Source of the DNA: Marsupella aquatica
Lineage: Eukaryota > Plantae > Marchantiophyta
NCBI GenBank assembly: GCA_973895155.1
Contig: OZ316898.1
Coordinates: 1,959,927-2,023,926, forward strand
DNA length: 64,000 bases
Direction of reading: 5' to 3'
A program made the translations under genes and the position numbers. Positions 63,504-64,000 of this stretch are shown in pieces (positions within the stretch are counted from its first letter, which is position 1; each line of letters begins with the position of its first letter). The notes under the pieces were generated by a model that was not told where the DNA came from, did not search any database, and saw only the letters and a list, made by a program, of their open reading frames with translations.

Positions 63504-64000
63504 CCCTAATCTAATCTATGTGCTAACCCTAAGGGCAATCTATCCCTGTCAGCACCACAAGCACTCACCATGGTGTGTTGGGCATCACTCTAACATCACC
63601 AAGAGAGAAATACACAGCATACTAGAATGTCCAGTTGCAAACCCGGATCACTCCTATGGAATCAAGCGCCCACACGAAACTAACATGGCGCATAAACAGG
63701 AAACATGTGTGAAGAGGATCCAGAAACAAGAATGGATACCATTCAACTCTCCACACAAAAGCAAATGCAAATCAATATGACAATGTGCATAAGGTTCAAG
63801 GAAGAGCCTTCATAATAGGCTTCACAATGGCACTCCAATGTTGTAGATGAGAACCAAGGCAAAATTGGTTCAATCTGTGAGTCTAGATGGACTCAGAAGT
63901 ATCAAAAACCCTCAAACAGCCTCTGATTTGGCCTAGAATAGGCCTCTAAACAAACCGGGAAGTATATAAAGCCCCCTGGCGCTTGAATCTAAACAACAAG

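Larger units (their letters stand above)
55604..64000 (-). mobile_element. Ty3/Gypsy LTR retrotransposon carrying a DNA cytosine methyltransferase and a PHD finger; 5' LTR lies beyond the window
   Basis: Gag-PR-RT-RH-IN domain order, a polypurine tract, and a 3' LTR with TG...CA ends. Confidence 0.95.

Overview
Intron-containing eukaryotic DNA from a plant. The gene set and a calflagin-like gene suggest a non-seed land plant such as a bryophyte (inference). In order along the window: (1) the last exon of an acid-lipase gene, part of a tandem duplication; (2) a complete 12.5-kb non-autonomous CACTA transposon (2574-15089) with TIRs, a TAA target-site duplication, a truncated transposase, a TnpA-like gene, apparent captured exons and tandem arrays; (3) a second 9-exon lipase copy with a nonsense codon; (4) a plastid FAX/TMEM14 gene; (5) an orphan ORF with CDK-inhibitor-like motifs; (6) a class I SAM methyltransferase; (7) a GT29 sialyltransferase-like gene; (8) an EF-hand protein resembling trypanosome flagellar calcium-binding protein; and (9) a Ty3/Gypsy LTR retrotransposon on the minus strand (55604 to beyond 64000). 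The retrotransposon is the main finding. Its single reading frame encodes Gag - protease - a complete DNMT3-like C5 cytosine methyltransferase - RT - RNase H - integrase - PHD finger, so it carries both a chromatin writer and a chromatin reader. The stop codon between the methyltransferase and RT lies in a UAG-CAA-UCA (CARYYA) readthrough context. All family assignments come from motif recognition by eye; no database searches were run.
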